The position numbers and the translations under genes were made by a program. This document shows positions 53,630 through 64,000 of a stretch of DNA of 64,000 bases, in pieces (within the stretch, counting starts at the first letter, position 1; every line of letters begins with the position of its first letter). The stretch comes from Octopus sinensis. Taxonomy: Eukaryota. The notes beneath the pieces are model-generated. The model saw only the letters and a list, made by a program, of their open reading frames with translations, ran no database searches and was not told the origin of the DNA. The stretch is taken from the NCBI RefSeq assembly GCF_006345805.1, contig NC_043015.1:52328001-52392000 (forward strand). Direction: 5' to 3'.

Positions 53630-55397
53630 CGGTTGTTTGTCAATGCGGTGTCAATGCGATCCAACCGTCTGACAACTATCGACTGGATTTCTCGAATGTG
53701 TCAGTGTGGACCTGGTCAAACCTCACTGGGTCATCCAGATCGATTCTAGATTGGGTATTCTGTAGAGTAGCAGATAAAGATAGCATAGATTGTCCACAGT
53801 TTAAAGTAATCGACTACACAGACCACAAATTCGTGATCTGTACAGACGACCTAGATAGACTTCATAGACAGGGACCCGGTTATTGGAAGCTGAATACGTA
53901 GTTGCCGGCACGTAATGATTTCAGAGATAAGATTAGGGAACTAGTTGAGATGACATTGACGGGGGCAATAATCAACATGAAATGATGGTTCGCCTTGAAA
54001 GGGGTGATTAGAATCGAATCGATATGGTTTAGCAAAGGACTAGCCGTAAAGGCAAGGCTAGTCAAAAATTTAAACGAGGCTTTTAGAAAAGGCATCGCGA
54101 CCGACCAGCCAGATTGGCACTCGACCAATTCTTCAATGCGAAACACGAAGTTTGCGTTGTTAGAACTAAGGCACGAGCACTTAGACACAACAGGACGAAA
54201 ACCGTTTAATGGGCCCGAGTGGCAGAGGTGTGACAATAGATTCACGATCTCATCCTTGCCGGATCACGACAGTCAAACTGACCCGAGAGAGATTTGTGCG
54301 GCCCTTCAGCGGCGCTTCGTTTAACTGTTCGGGAGCAGCGGTGAACCAGGTCACAGGATGGATTTCACGTCCTAACTCTACAGATTGCCGCAGCTCTCGG
54401 CGACGGAGGCAGAGCACTGCGAAAGGTCAATAAAAAGCCTTTGAAATACAGGAAGCAATAGCTAGCTGCACGAGGGGTAAATCGCCTGGTTTGGATGGTC
54501 TGCTCTACGAGCTTTACGCTTAGATGCCAGACTTGTTCGGCGACCACTTAGCAGACATTTACTGCAACTGGCAAAAGAATGGGAGAATTCCCAGTTTTGT
54601 GAGCCGAAGGGAGGTGGCGTTGCTGAAAAAAGACCTGAAGAAGGGGGACTGTATTGACAACTTTAAGCCCGTAACTGCTGAACGTAGTGCGACGACGTCC
54701 TTGGTGTCAACTGAGCATGTCTGAGATGCGCGTGAGACGACTAGACGATCCTGCTTGCACTCGTCCAGTGCCCGAGCGTTGTTGACTTATGGGTTTATGT
54801 CGATTATCTGCTGTCGCGTGTGGGACGGATACGGCTGTCAACTGAAGCCATCGTAAAGATCGTTCCGCCGCCTTTCTTTAACCGAGAAGGAAAAGCTGTG
54901 TTTACATGTTTGGTGGCCATGGCGAAAGAAGTTGTGTGGTGGACGAGATTGAAGGGGCTGAAGACTCTTTTCTCTTTGGCCAATCCCTGATAAATTTCTT
55001 CAAGTTTCACTTGAACAGGATAATAAGGGCAGAGAGGGAAGTATTGTCTTCAAACCAGTTTGCTGAAATGTGGATGAAAGTTATGAGAATGGTGGATATG
55101 AACGAGTCTACCCTGAACATACGCCTGTAGTTGAAAAAAAAAAGAAAGAAGGAAAAAGAAAAAAAGTACCTGCCACAAAAGTCAGGGTACCCATCCATGA
55201 TTTTTTATGGAGTTTTTCCATGAGCAGCCCTCGAACGCCTCCTCTCTATTGAGAATCACACGTTGATGTTTTGAAATTTTCTTGATCTTTACACGCAAAA
55301 CCCTCACAGCATTACATATTCACATACATTCTTTGTTTTGTCCTATAATGTCCATAATGTTTTTCTTAATGTAAACCCTTGTGGTTAATAAAGAAAT
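53630..55397 (+). mobile_element. L1-clade (Tx1-like) LINE ORF2 relic with internal deletion, plus 3'UTR
   Basis: APE end (VWTWSN..RSILDWVF..YTDHKFV..GPGYWKLN), RT start (GKSPGLDGLLYELY..IDNFKPVT), joined to the C-terminal knuckle (LHALVQCPSVVDLW..) ending TLNIRL* at 55130; AATAAA at ~55387 then (CAT)n. Confidence 0.85.
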
Positions 55398-55629
<232 letters not shown>

Positions 55630-55945
55630 GGGCTTAACTTTTGCTTTGTATTTATAGAAGTTGACGCCAAGTCTCACCCAGAGACCTCAAGAGACAAGAA
55701 ATTAGAAGTTCAAGTTGGTGTTATGCCTAGGGTGCCATATATTTGGGTTTGTACGTAGTATTATTCTAGAGAATGTTTAAGAAAACATAAGAAAATTATA
55801 AGATTGTTACAAAATTTGAGATTACATAGACAGTATTTTACGTAGGATATGAGAGTTCCCACGAGCACTATTTTTTGAATTTCTGCCATTTTGGATTTCC
55901 TAATATCTGAGCTAAGTAGAAATCAGTCACTTTTACTCATTCTTA
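55630..55945 (-). mobile_element. Dong/R4-type C-terminus and 3'UTR ending in (TAA)n
   Basis: Minus strand: FYLAQILGNP.MAEIQKIVLVGTSHILRKILSM*, then a 3'UTR running into (TAA)n. Confidence 0.85.
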
Positions 55946-55999
55946 TTATTCTTGTTATTGTTGTTGTTGTTATTATTATTATTATTGTTATTATTATCA

Positions 56000-56100
56000 T
56001 TTGTTTTTCTTTCAATTTTGTTTCCATTTCTTGCTAAGTGTCTTCTCGATACCTAGAGCAAAAGAAAGCTAACTGTATATTTATCTCACACTGAACACGT
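56000..56100 (-). mobile_element. Dong-like 3'UTR remnant
   Basis: ttccatttcttgctaagtgtcttctcgatacctagagc resembles 10452-10495; adjoins (TTA/TTG)n. Confidence 0.55.
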
Positions 56101-56339
56101 CTCTTACTATCTTTCTTACTAAAGTCGCATCACGTTGATTACAATACAGTTTCTTCCTCTTATCTGCGACTACAATACCTTGTGTGTTGTGTTCGATTAT
56201 TCCTTTGGCTTGTGTAGTTAAAACCCTCAGCAACCTCACTCCATCATTTCTATTCTCATAAAATGTTCATAGCTACTTTCTGCACATGGAAAACCAAATG
56301 ACAGGCAATGATTCCAGTCAATTATTACAGTTACCTTCT

Positions 56340-56740
56340 CAGGAATGGCTGTGTGGTAAATTGCTTGCTTACCAACCACATAGTTCCGGGTTCAGTCCTA
56401 CTGCCTGGCACCTTGGACAAGTGTCTTCTGCTATAGCCTCGGGCCGATCAAAGCCGTGTGAGTGGATTTGGTAGACGGAAACTGAAAGAAGACCATCGAT
56501 ATATGTATATATGTATGTGTATGTGTTTGTGTGTCTGTGTTTGTCTCCCCCAACATCGCTTGACAACTGATGCTGGTGTGTTTACGTCCCCGTAACTTAG
56601 CAGTTCGGCAAAAGAGACCGATAGAATAAGTACTAGGCTTACAAAGAATAAGTCCTGGGGTCGATTTGCTCGACAAAACGCGGTGCTCCAGTATGACCGC
56701 AGTCAAATGATTGAAATAAGTAAAAGAGTAAAAGAGTATA
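56340..56740 (+). mobile_element. Full-length SINE S2
   Basis: tRNA-like head (tggctgtgtggtaa..gggttcagtcc), ccttggacaagtgtc core, short TA/TG tract, tail ending (gtaaaaga)2. Confidence 0.9.
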
Positions 56741-57097
56741 CCCACACATTTTATACTCATTTTGAACTAACTATGGACATCCCATTACAGTGTAAACTAT
56801 AGTCCCATTTGAATCATCGCACATTCAACATATGAGTAAACAGTCTTGCTAGTCTATTATTCTTTTCGTATGCTTTACTCTTAGGAATTGTTTCTGCGCC
56901 ACTAATATCAACATTCTTCAATATTCCTTTCTGTAAATAGATTTATCCGTCCTTGTCATTTCTGACCTTTTGAAAGGGGGGAAAAAAAAACACTGAATGA
57001 AGAAATTTTCCTCCAGCATTTCATTTGCTGTTCCTAAATTTTCTTGTTTTCTCTTTTCGGGTTCTACAAATTTTGTAAATAAAGTAATGATGGCATA

Positions 57098-57397
57098 TCA
57101 CGTGACCGACCAGACCATCAGATGTTGTTACACATCGCTGGTCACAATGCGTTCGCATTGTTTTAGCCTTCGAATGACGCCACCCCGCTGGCTAAGCGAG
57201 CAGGCCAACAGAAGAAAGAGTGGGAGAAAGAGTGGTGAAAGAGTACAGCAGGGATCACCACCCCCTGCCGGAGCCTCGTGGAGCTTTTTTTAGGTGTTTT
57301 CGCTCAATAAACACACACAACGCCTGGTCTGGGAATCGAAACCGCGATCCTGCGACCGCGAGTCCGCTGCCCTAACCACTAGGCCATTGCGCCTCCA
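57098..57397 (-). mobile_element. SINE S3 copy, full length
   Basis: Homologous to 22279-22590. Confidence 0.88.
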
Positions 57398-57624
57398 CAA
57401 TGATGGCATATACGATGCACATTCCCTCACTTGACAAAAATGTCTCAAAAAATCACCCCGGATTCTATATGGCAAGTTGAACCCGTATTACATGCTTCAA
57501 TGCGCTAAGAACTTCTTTTCCTGATTATGTGCTGCTGACAGTGGGATGGGCCTAATGCGCCTGTGCATCTTATATGTCATCAAATACGTCAGTTCTTCAT
57601 CTAAAACCTCTGTATCTTGTATCT

Positions 57625-57895
57625 CTCATTTCCTATTTGTTTCAACCATTAGACTGCGGTTGTGCTGGCGCCGCACAGCTTTGAAGAGTTTTTGGTCGAA
57701 AGGATCGACCCCACTACTTATCATTTTAAAGCTTTTTACTTATTCTACAGGTCTCTTTTCTCGAAACGCAAAGTTGCGGGGACATAAACACACCAACACC
57801 GGTTGTCAAGCAGAGGTGGGCGACAAACATATACACACGTACACACACATATATATATATATATATATATGTGTGTATATATGTATGTGCATGTG

Positions 57896-57948
<53 letters not shown>

Positions 57949-57959
57949 ATATGTGTGTA

Positions 57960-57992
<33 letters not shown>

Positions 57993-58150
57993 GTGTATAT
58001 TTATATACGTCGTGCTTCTTTCAGTTTTCATCAACCAAATCCACTCACAATGCTACGATAGAAGACTCTTGCCCAAGGCGCCACGCAACGGGACTGAACC
58101 CGAAACCATGTGGTTGGGACGCAAACATCTTGCCACACAGCCACGCTAGT
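57625..58150 (-). mobile_element. SINE S2 copy with expanded internal microsatellite
   Basis: Tail, TA/TG tract and head. Confidence 0.82.
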
Positions 58151-58159
58151 GCCTTTAAA

Positions 58160-58790
58160 AACTTTTTCCAAGATGGAAACTCACAATTATCTTCTTTAGC
58201 GCTACGACTATTTCGGCAATTCATTAACCCTTTTCCTCCTCCTGACTCTCTCCAATATAACCAGTCCACATCAGCCAACAAGAGGCACACACACTTCTGT
58301 ACCTTACGGACTGCTTTCTCCTTTCCCTTTTCCTTATCCCTTAGATTACCCTACCTCCATTCATTAATTCCTGTTCCATACGTTATTAATGATATTGCCC
58401 TCAAGTTGATTGATTTTATGATATCATTTCTTGCATTCAATTTAGATTTTAAAATCTTCATTCAAAGAAAATATTCTTTAATATAAAATTCCTTCATTCC
58501 TACTCTTTTCATTTGATTACTATCCAATATACGTAGCTATTCCAGTGTTTCTTCAACATTTAATCATTTATTTTCCCACCCTCACCTTGGTCTATTCCAG
58601 TACATTTTTATCTATTTCCTTCGTTTCATTGTCATCCTAACGCATCTCCTAATTCCATATATCATCTCAATGTCGTTACTAAATATTCGTAGTTTACACT
58701 AAGGACTCCAACTGCTGCTTAGCTTTCTATAAAGCCTTAAATCAACCATAAACAGCTTATTTCATGTCCCCTATTCCTTGTTTCTTTACC
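58160..58790 (-). mobile_element. Old Dong/R4-type RT fragment
   Basis: Minus strand: LFMVDLRLY..QQLESLV..IFSNDIEM.YG..MKILKSKLNARNDIIKSINLRAISLITYGTGINEW..ADVDWLYWRESGGGKGLMNC. Confidence 0.8.
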
Positions 58791-58814
58791 ATTATTATCA
58801 TTGTTATAAATACA

Positions 58815-59030
58815 AAGCGGCAAGCTAGCAGAATCGTTATCACGCCGGATAAAAAAAGTCAGCGATATTTCGTCCGTCGTTAAGCTCTGAGAGCAAATTC
58901 CACCGAATTCTCGAATTTACTTTTCATCCTTGATGTCAATAAAGTAAGTACCAGTTAAATACAAGGGTCGATGAAACCGGCTAGCTCCTCCCGCCAAAAT
59001 TAGAGACCTTGTGCCTACAGCTAGAAGGAT
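58815..59030 (+). mobile_element. SINE S1 copy
   Basis: aaagcggcaagctagcagaatcg...gaccttgtgcctacagctagaagg. Confidence 0.8.
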
Positions 59031-59116
59031 TATTACGGTTCGAGCCTACGCACTTCCACAGAAAGGATTAAGAAGGAAAAAAATGGAGAGAGATTACTGG
59101 TTCAACATACAACGTG

Positions 59117-59195
<79 letters not shown>

Positions 59196-59464
59196 GTGTG
59201 AGTGAATACATGTGCGTTAGTGCTTGCTGCATACGCGTGTCGGCGCGTGCGTATTTAGGATGCATGTATGGGTGTGTTCGTATGGATGATTGGGGAATGT
59301 ATGTACACTACTGTATTTATATGCGTACGTATGAATGTGTGCAGGTTTGTCTGGAAGAACATGTACGCGAGTTTGCAGGTGTGTGTATGTGTGCACATGT
59401 ACGCGCGGTGCACATATACATATTCATGTTATTGATATTGTATGTGTTAAGATGGTATATCTAA

Positions 59465-60090
59465 GTTGTCGACGAAATTCACCATGAGGGTGTTCCTCTG
59501 AAGGCAGCAATAAGATAGTTCATATTTCCTGTTGATATATACTTCATGTTAATGGAGTTTTTCATGGAGGCAGAAATGGCAATTGCAGACTCCAGGTGAG
59601 TAAGGTGGAGCGCTGTCAATGATGGTTCATTCGATGTTGGGGTTTGCATTCCGGTAGTCACGAAGTTTCCAGAGGTAGCGAGACAAAGAGATAAAATTCT
59701 CTCTATCCCAGAATATTAGCGAATACATATGCTGCGTGTACTTTCCCTTGCAGTCATTAGCCATCATTCGTATTGTAAGTTATGACGCCAGTGGAGGGAG
59801 TGATGGTGTCCCTGTAAACTACAACCCTTGAGAGGCAGTATCCCCGTAGAGGGAAGCTGGTAGAACCTCAGAAATTGCAGTTTGGGGTTGGAACTTTTGC
59901 TACTGGATGTTTGCGTCAGGTGTAACACGCAATGTTCGAAGCAGTGCTCTCTAAGCAGCAGCAGCAGCTCACCTTGACGTTATGTGATTTGAAAAGCTTA
60001 TAATACTTATCACCCTTGGGGTAAATGCTTCCTGTCCTTGATTAAGAAGCGTCTTGAAGCACCTTCTGGATTCTATGGGAATTAACAGTT
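59465..60090 (-). mobile_element. Penelope-like GIY-YIG fragment, decayed
   Basis: Minus strand: KGDKYYKLFKSHNVKVSC..CNF..FPLRGYCLSRVVVYRDTI..SLSRYLWKLRD..IE*TII..PPYSPG..CHFCLHEKL..NRKYEL. Confidence 0.82.
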
Positions 60091-60379
60091 AGGAGTGAAT
60101 CGCCGTTCTCAAACTGAATTAAAATTGTCCGCATTTATTTTAAGCAAAAGTGAAATTCTATGGTTGCATTGTTTGGGGTAATAAAAAATCCGGACAAGGC
60201 CAGGTGCTGTTATAGTTAAAATTGCTAAAGGGTGCTACACAGATTTCAATGAAAACTATGACGAGGTTATGATTTTTATGGGAGATTTTTGATAACAAAT
60301 AAATCGTTCTCATTTTTGTTGAAGGAATTCATGTTTTTTATTTTTCAGATTCAATGAAAAATATTATACACACACGTGT

Positions 60380-60422
<43 letters not shown>

Positions 60423-60563
60423 TGTATGTGTGTGTGTGCGTGTGTATACCCGACGGTTAAGCCTATCGTCATATTGGAATACTTTGTTTGGAGAGGAAGG
60501 TTTTGAATGATTTCAGGGACTTGTGTGGATTGTGGAGGACACTTCATGGGAGGAGGACGGGGA

Positions 60564-60665
60564 GAAGAAGAAGAAGAAGAAGAAGAAGAAGAAGAAGAAG
60601 AAGAAGAAGAAGAAGAAGAAGAAGAAGAAGAAGAAGAAGAAGAAGAAGAAGAAGAAGAAGAAGAA
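60564..60665. repeat. Perfect (GAA)34 run followed by CAG/CAA/GAC triplets
   Basis: Direct count. Confidence 0.95.
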
Positions 60666-61371
60666 GATGAAGAAGAAGAGCAGCAGCAACAACAACAAAG
60701 ACAGCAACAACAACGACTACGATGACGACTGCAGCAAATGAAGAAGAATGGAAAAATGAAATGTAAAGAAATATTTTTTCCGTTTCTTGAAATGGGTCAC
60801 CATTTTTTTTCCAAAAAGGGAAAGGATTGTAGTTTTCCCCAACAGCAAAATACACGACAGAATTCCAATAAAAATAGGGCCTTTTGTTCGCTAAATCTGT
60901 CTTACATTCTTTTCTGTTATCTTCTGTTTTTTATTCATATAAAAACCATATTACCGCTAGGTGTTGTAAAGTGCCGCAGCTTTCTTTGCGTATCGTCTTG
61001 AAATTAGTTGAAGAAAAGTGTTGGGGCGGTTTTTGCAGGTTTTGCCTTTGAGATGATTTGAAGGCTAGCATTGTAAAACAGAGAAGTTCGATATAAAAGG
61101 ATGTAGAACAACCAGAATGAAAAAAACCAGTAGCAGTTCGTACACCACCTTAGCCATCTTTCACGGTCTTATTCAACCGAGCTATTTGTAGATGCAGGAA
61201 AATTCTATAATTCACGAAGAAACAGTGACATTACTAACTGAACGAGTGTTTTGCTGACTTTCAAGTGCTAGGCTCAATTCCATCTTTGATGAATATTGCC
61301 CGTGATAGACTGATAAGCGTCCTGGTCAGGTGACATCTGATATTTGTCTATCAATAGTTAGACATTATGAA

Positions 61372-61578
61372 ACTCTTTTACTCTTTTAATTGTTTCAGTC
61401 ATTTGACTGCTGTGGCCATGCTGGAGCACCGCCTTTAGCCGAGCAAATCGACCCCAGGACTTATTTTTTGTAAGCCTAGTACTTATTGTATCGGTTTCTT
61501 TTGCCGAACCGCTAAGTTACGGGGACGTAAACACACCAGCATCGGTTGTCAAGAGATGTTGGGGAAACAAACACATAC

Positions 61579-61612
<34 letters not shown>

Positions 61613-62095
61613 ATAATAACAAAGGGTAAAGTTAATTAATTAATTAGTAATTAACAATTTTACCAAGTATAGTTCAGCATGTTAAAAGGATCAGCTACGG
61701 TAAACTTAAACATTACTTTATATAATTATGAGTATAATTATAATTAGAGTTCAGCAAAAAAATTTGCCTTGCTACATACCGAACTTTTAGAAATAGCAGC
61801 CAAAAACTTAACTATTTCTTCGACTATAAGAAGAATCTCCCAGACAATGTATACTCAAAAACAATTCACGTAGGCATAGAGGAAAAAATAACGAAAATTC
61901 ATATATATATATATATATACATATATACGACGGGCTTCTTTCCGTTTCCGTCTACCAAATCCATTCACAAGGCTTTAGTCGGCCCGAGGCTATAGTAGAA
62001 GACACTTACCGAAGGTGCTGCCACGCAGTGGAACTGAACCCGAAACCATGTGGTTGGCAAGCAAGCTACTTACCACGCAACCACTTCTACGCCTG
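61372..62095 (-). mobile_element. SINE S2 copy interrupted by a ~290-bp AT-rich insert (about 61610-61900)
   Basis: S2 tail at 61372-61575 and head at 61928-62095. Confidence 0.82.
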
Positions 62096-62105
62096 AAATG
62101 TGTGA

Positions 62106-62223
62106 CGCTTACAGCAACTAGGCTTCCCAAGCGGTCACCCATCTAAGGACTGACTAGGCTCGACGTTGCTTAACTTCGGTGATGGGACGAGAACCGGTGC
62201 TTTCAACGTGATATGGCCTAAAT
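62106..62223 (-). pseudogene. 5S rRNA pseudogene (dispersed copy)
   Basis: Minus strand GGCCATATCACGTTGAAAGCACCGGTTCTCGTCCCATCACCGAAGTTAAGCAACGTCGAGCCTAGTCAGTCCTTAGATGGGTGACCGCTTGGGAAGCCTAGTTGCTGTAAGC; box C has TTAGATGGG, the 5' end is altered and there is no T-run terminator. Confidence 0.92.
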
Positions 62224-62507
62224 ACAAGCACCGAACAAGTAAATTGATAAAGATCTGTGGAAGAAACGTTCAGGCTTCAAGAAATGCTGCTTAGCATTTA
62301 GACTGATGCATTAACGATTCTTCCAGTTTACTGACTTCTAATAATCCTTTCTTCTATTGGCATAAGACCTGAAATTTGTAGGGAAACTAGTACATGAATT
62401 GTACTTATTTTATCGACCCCGAAAGGATAAAAAGCAAAGTCGACTTCGGCGGAATTTGAACTCAGAACGTAAAGACGGACAAAATGCCGCTTAGCATTAT
62501 GTCCGGT

Positions 62508-62593
62508 GTGCTAACGATTCTGCCAACTCGCCGCTTTCGACCGCCGTGTAATAAATAATAATAATAATAATAATGATAATGAGATGATATATA

Positions 62594-62625
<32 letters not shown>

Positions 62626-62629
62626 GATG

Positions 62630-62668
<39 letters not shown>

Positions 62669-63307
62669 TAATAATAATGATAATGATGATGATAATAATA
62701 ATAATAATAATAATAATATTTTAGGCGTCAGGTCACAGATTTGATGGGAAGAGTTTAGTAAATTTTCCAATTTGGCCACACGGGCAAGTATTTATTAGAG
62801 AGAGAGATGTATAGTCGATTAAATTTACCCCCGATACTTGACCAGCATGGAAACCAGATTCAAACAGCTCATACACTCCTTTAAAACTAAAAGTTTAAGC
62901 TGTTCCTCATCTTATCCCAATAAATCAGAAGAAAATTGAAGGTTAGTTGAATTAACGGCATCAAAATTATCTGTAGCATCGTGAAAAATAAAGCATAAAT
63001 TCAAATACATCAAAGAAATACAAGACTATACTTCACTCAGCACTTCGGTATGTTGAACAAAAACACTGAAATACTGTTAACTTGTAGACACATGAACAAA
63101 TTCCATGAAAAATTTCAATTGAATACTTAGTAACAGTCCGTACTATTATCTGCCCATCTGTACATATCATTGGCCAAAATGTACAACTAGCCTTCGATTT
63201 TCTTCAGATGTATTAGGATAAGATAAGGAATAGCTTAAATTTTTAGTTTTAAAAGAGTGTATGCTCTGTTTGTATCTGGTTTCCATGCTAGTCAAGTATC
63301 GACTATA

Positions 63308-63346
<39 letters not shown>

Positions 63347-63432
63347 CTCTCTCTAATAAATACTTGTCTGTGTGGCCAAATTGAAAAATCGACGAATATC
63401 TTCCAATCAAATTTGTGACCTCACGCCTAAAA

Positions 63433-63484
<52 letters not shown>

Positions 63485-63631
63485 GTTGTTGTTGTTGTTG
63501 TTGTTATTGTTATCATTATTATTATTATTATTATTATTATTGTTGTTGTTGTTGTTGTTGTTGTTATTGTTATCATTATTATTATTATTATCATTATTAT
63601 TAAAGCGGCGAATTGGCAGAATCGTTAGCAT
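62508..63631. repeat. Diverged large inverted duplication (arms ~62508-62949 and ~63184-63631)
   Basis: Unique sequence, (GA)/(CT)n, (TAA)/(TTA)n and a SINE head are all mirrored; the ORF track shows the mirrored peptides MAKLENLLNSSHQICDLTPKIL and MAKLKNRRISSNQICDLTPKIL. Confidence 0.9.
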
Positions 63632-63900
63632 GGCAGGCGAAATACTTTACTTTACAAGAACGAAAATGCTACTTTCTTAAAATAGAGTACAGTTTAATTT
63701 TCCTTTTACATGTTTCGATTTTTGAAAAACCTTATCAAAAATATGTACTAAAATGGAATATGTGAAGAGAAAAGAACTATTAAAAAAAATTTAATTAAAA
63801 TTTAAATTAAGATTAACATTCATAGTTCACTTTCCTTTTTCCTGCAAGAAGACGTGATGATAATATCCTTTGGTTCTGGTACCTCAACAAATCTTTTCAT

Positions 63901-63942
<42 letters not shown>

Positions 63943-64000
63943 GATTATATATATATATACGGAGATGTACTTGCATAGCAAGTGACCTGATCTGAGATCA

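Noticed and set aside
59519-59595. Apparent plus-strand exon ending CAG|GTGAGT
   Set aside because: The segment is the antisense of a Penelope GIY-YIG relic and the acceptor is poor.
61085-61135. TATAAAAG followed by an ATG
   Set aside because: The downstream ORF is only 24 codons, and TATA-like strings are common in AT-rich DNA.

Overview
Repeat-dense, AT-rich eukaryotic DNA, most likely from an Octopus or other coleoid cephalopod. That assignment is an inference from the tRNA-derived SINE families, the microsatellite load and a mollusc-type 5S sequence. I recognised no intact host gene, and nearly all ORFs in the track are microsatellite read-throughs. The window is a mosaic of decayed mobile elements: Dong/R4-type and other RLE non-LTR fragments, two RTE fragments, an internally deleted Tx1/L1-clade LINE, two Penelope-like GIY-YIG fragments, mariner and maT transposase relics, non-autonomous Helitrons and at least five SINE families. 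It also holds a 5S rRNA pseudogene, a ~1.65-kb tandem duplication, several fold-back inverted repeats, two adjacent satellites and a 100-N gap. The most notable signal is a set of minimal type-I hammerhead-ribozyme-like motifs. One carries a compensatory U3-A8 core and sits exactly in the loop of a ~173-bp near-perfect inverted repeat. A second notable signal is a minisatellite whose unit overlaps kB-like, STAT (GAS) and ETS motifs. All family assignments come from reading and translating by eye, not from database searches.
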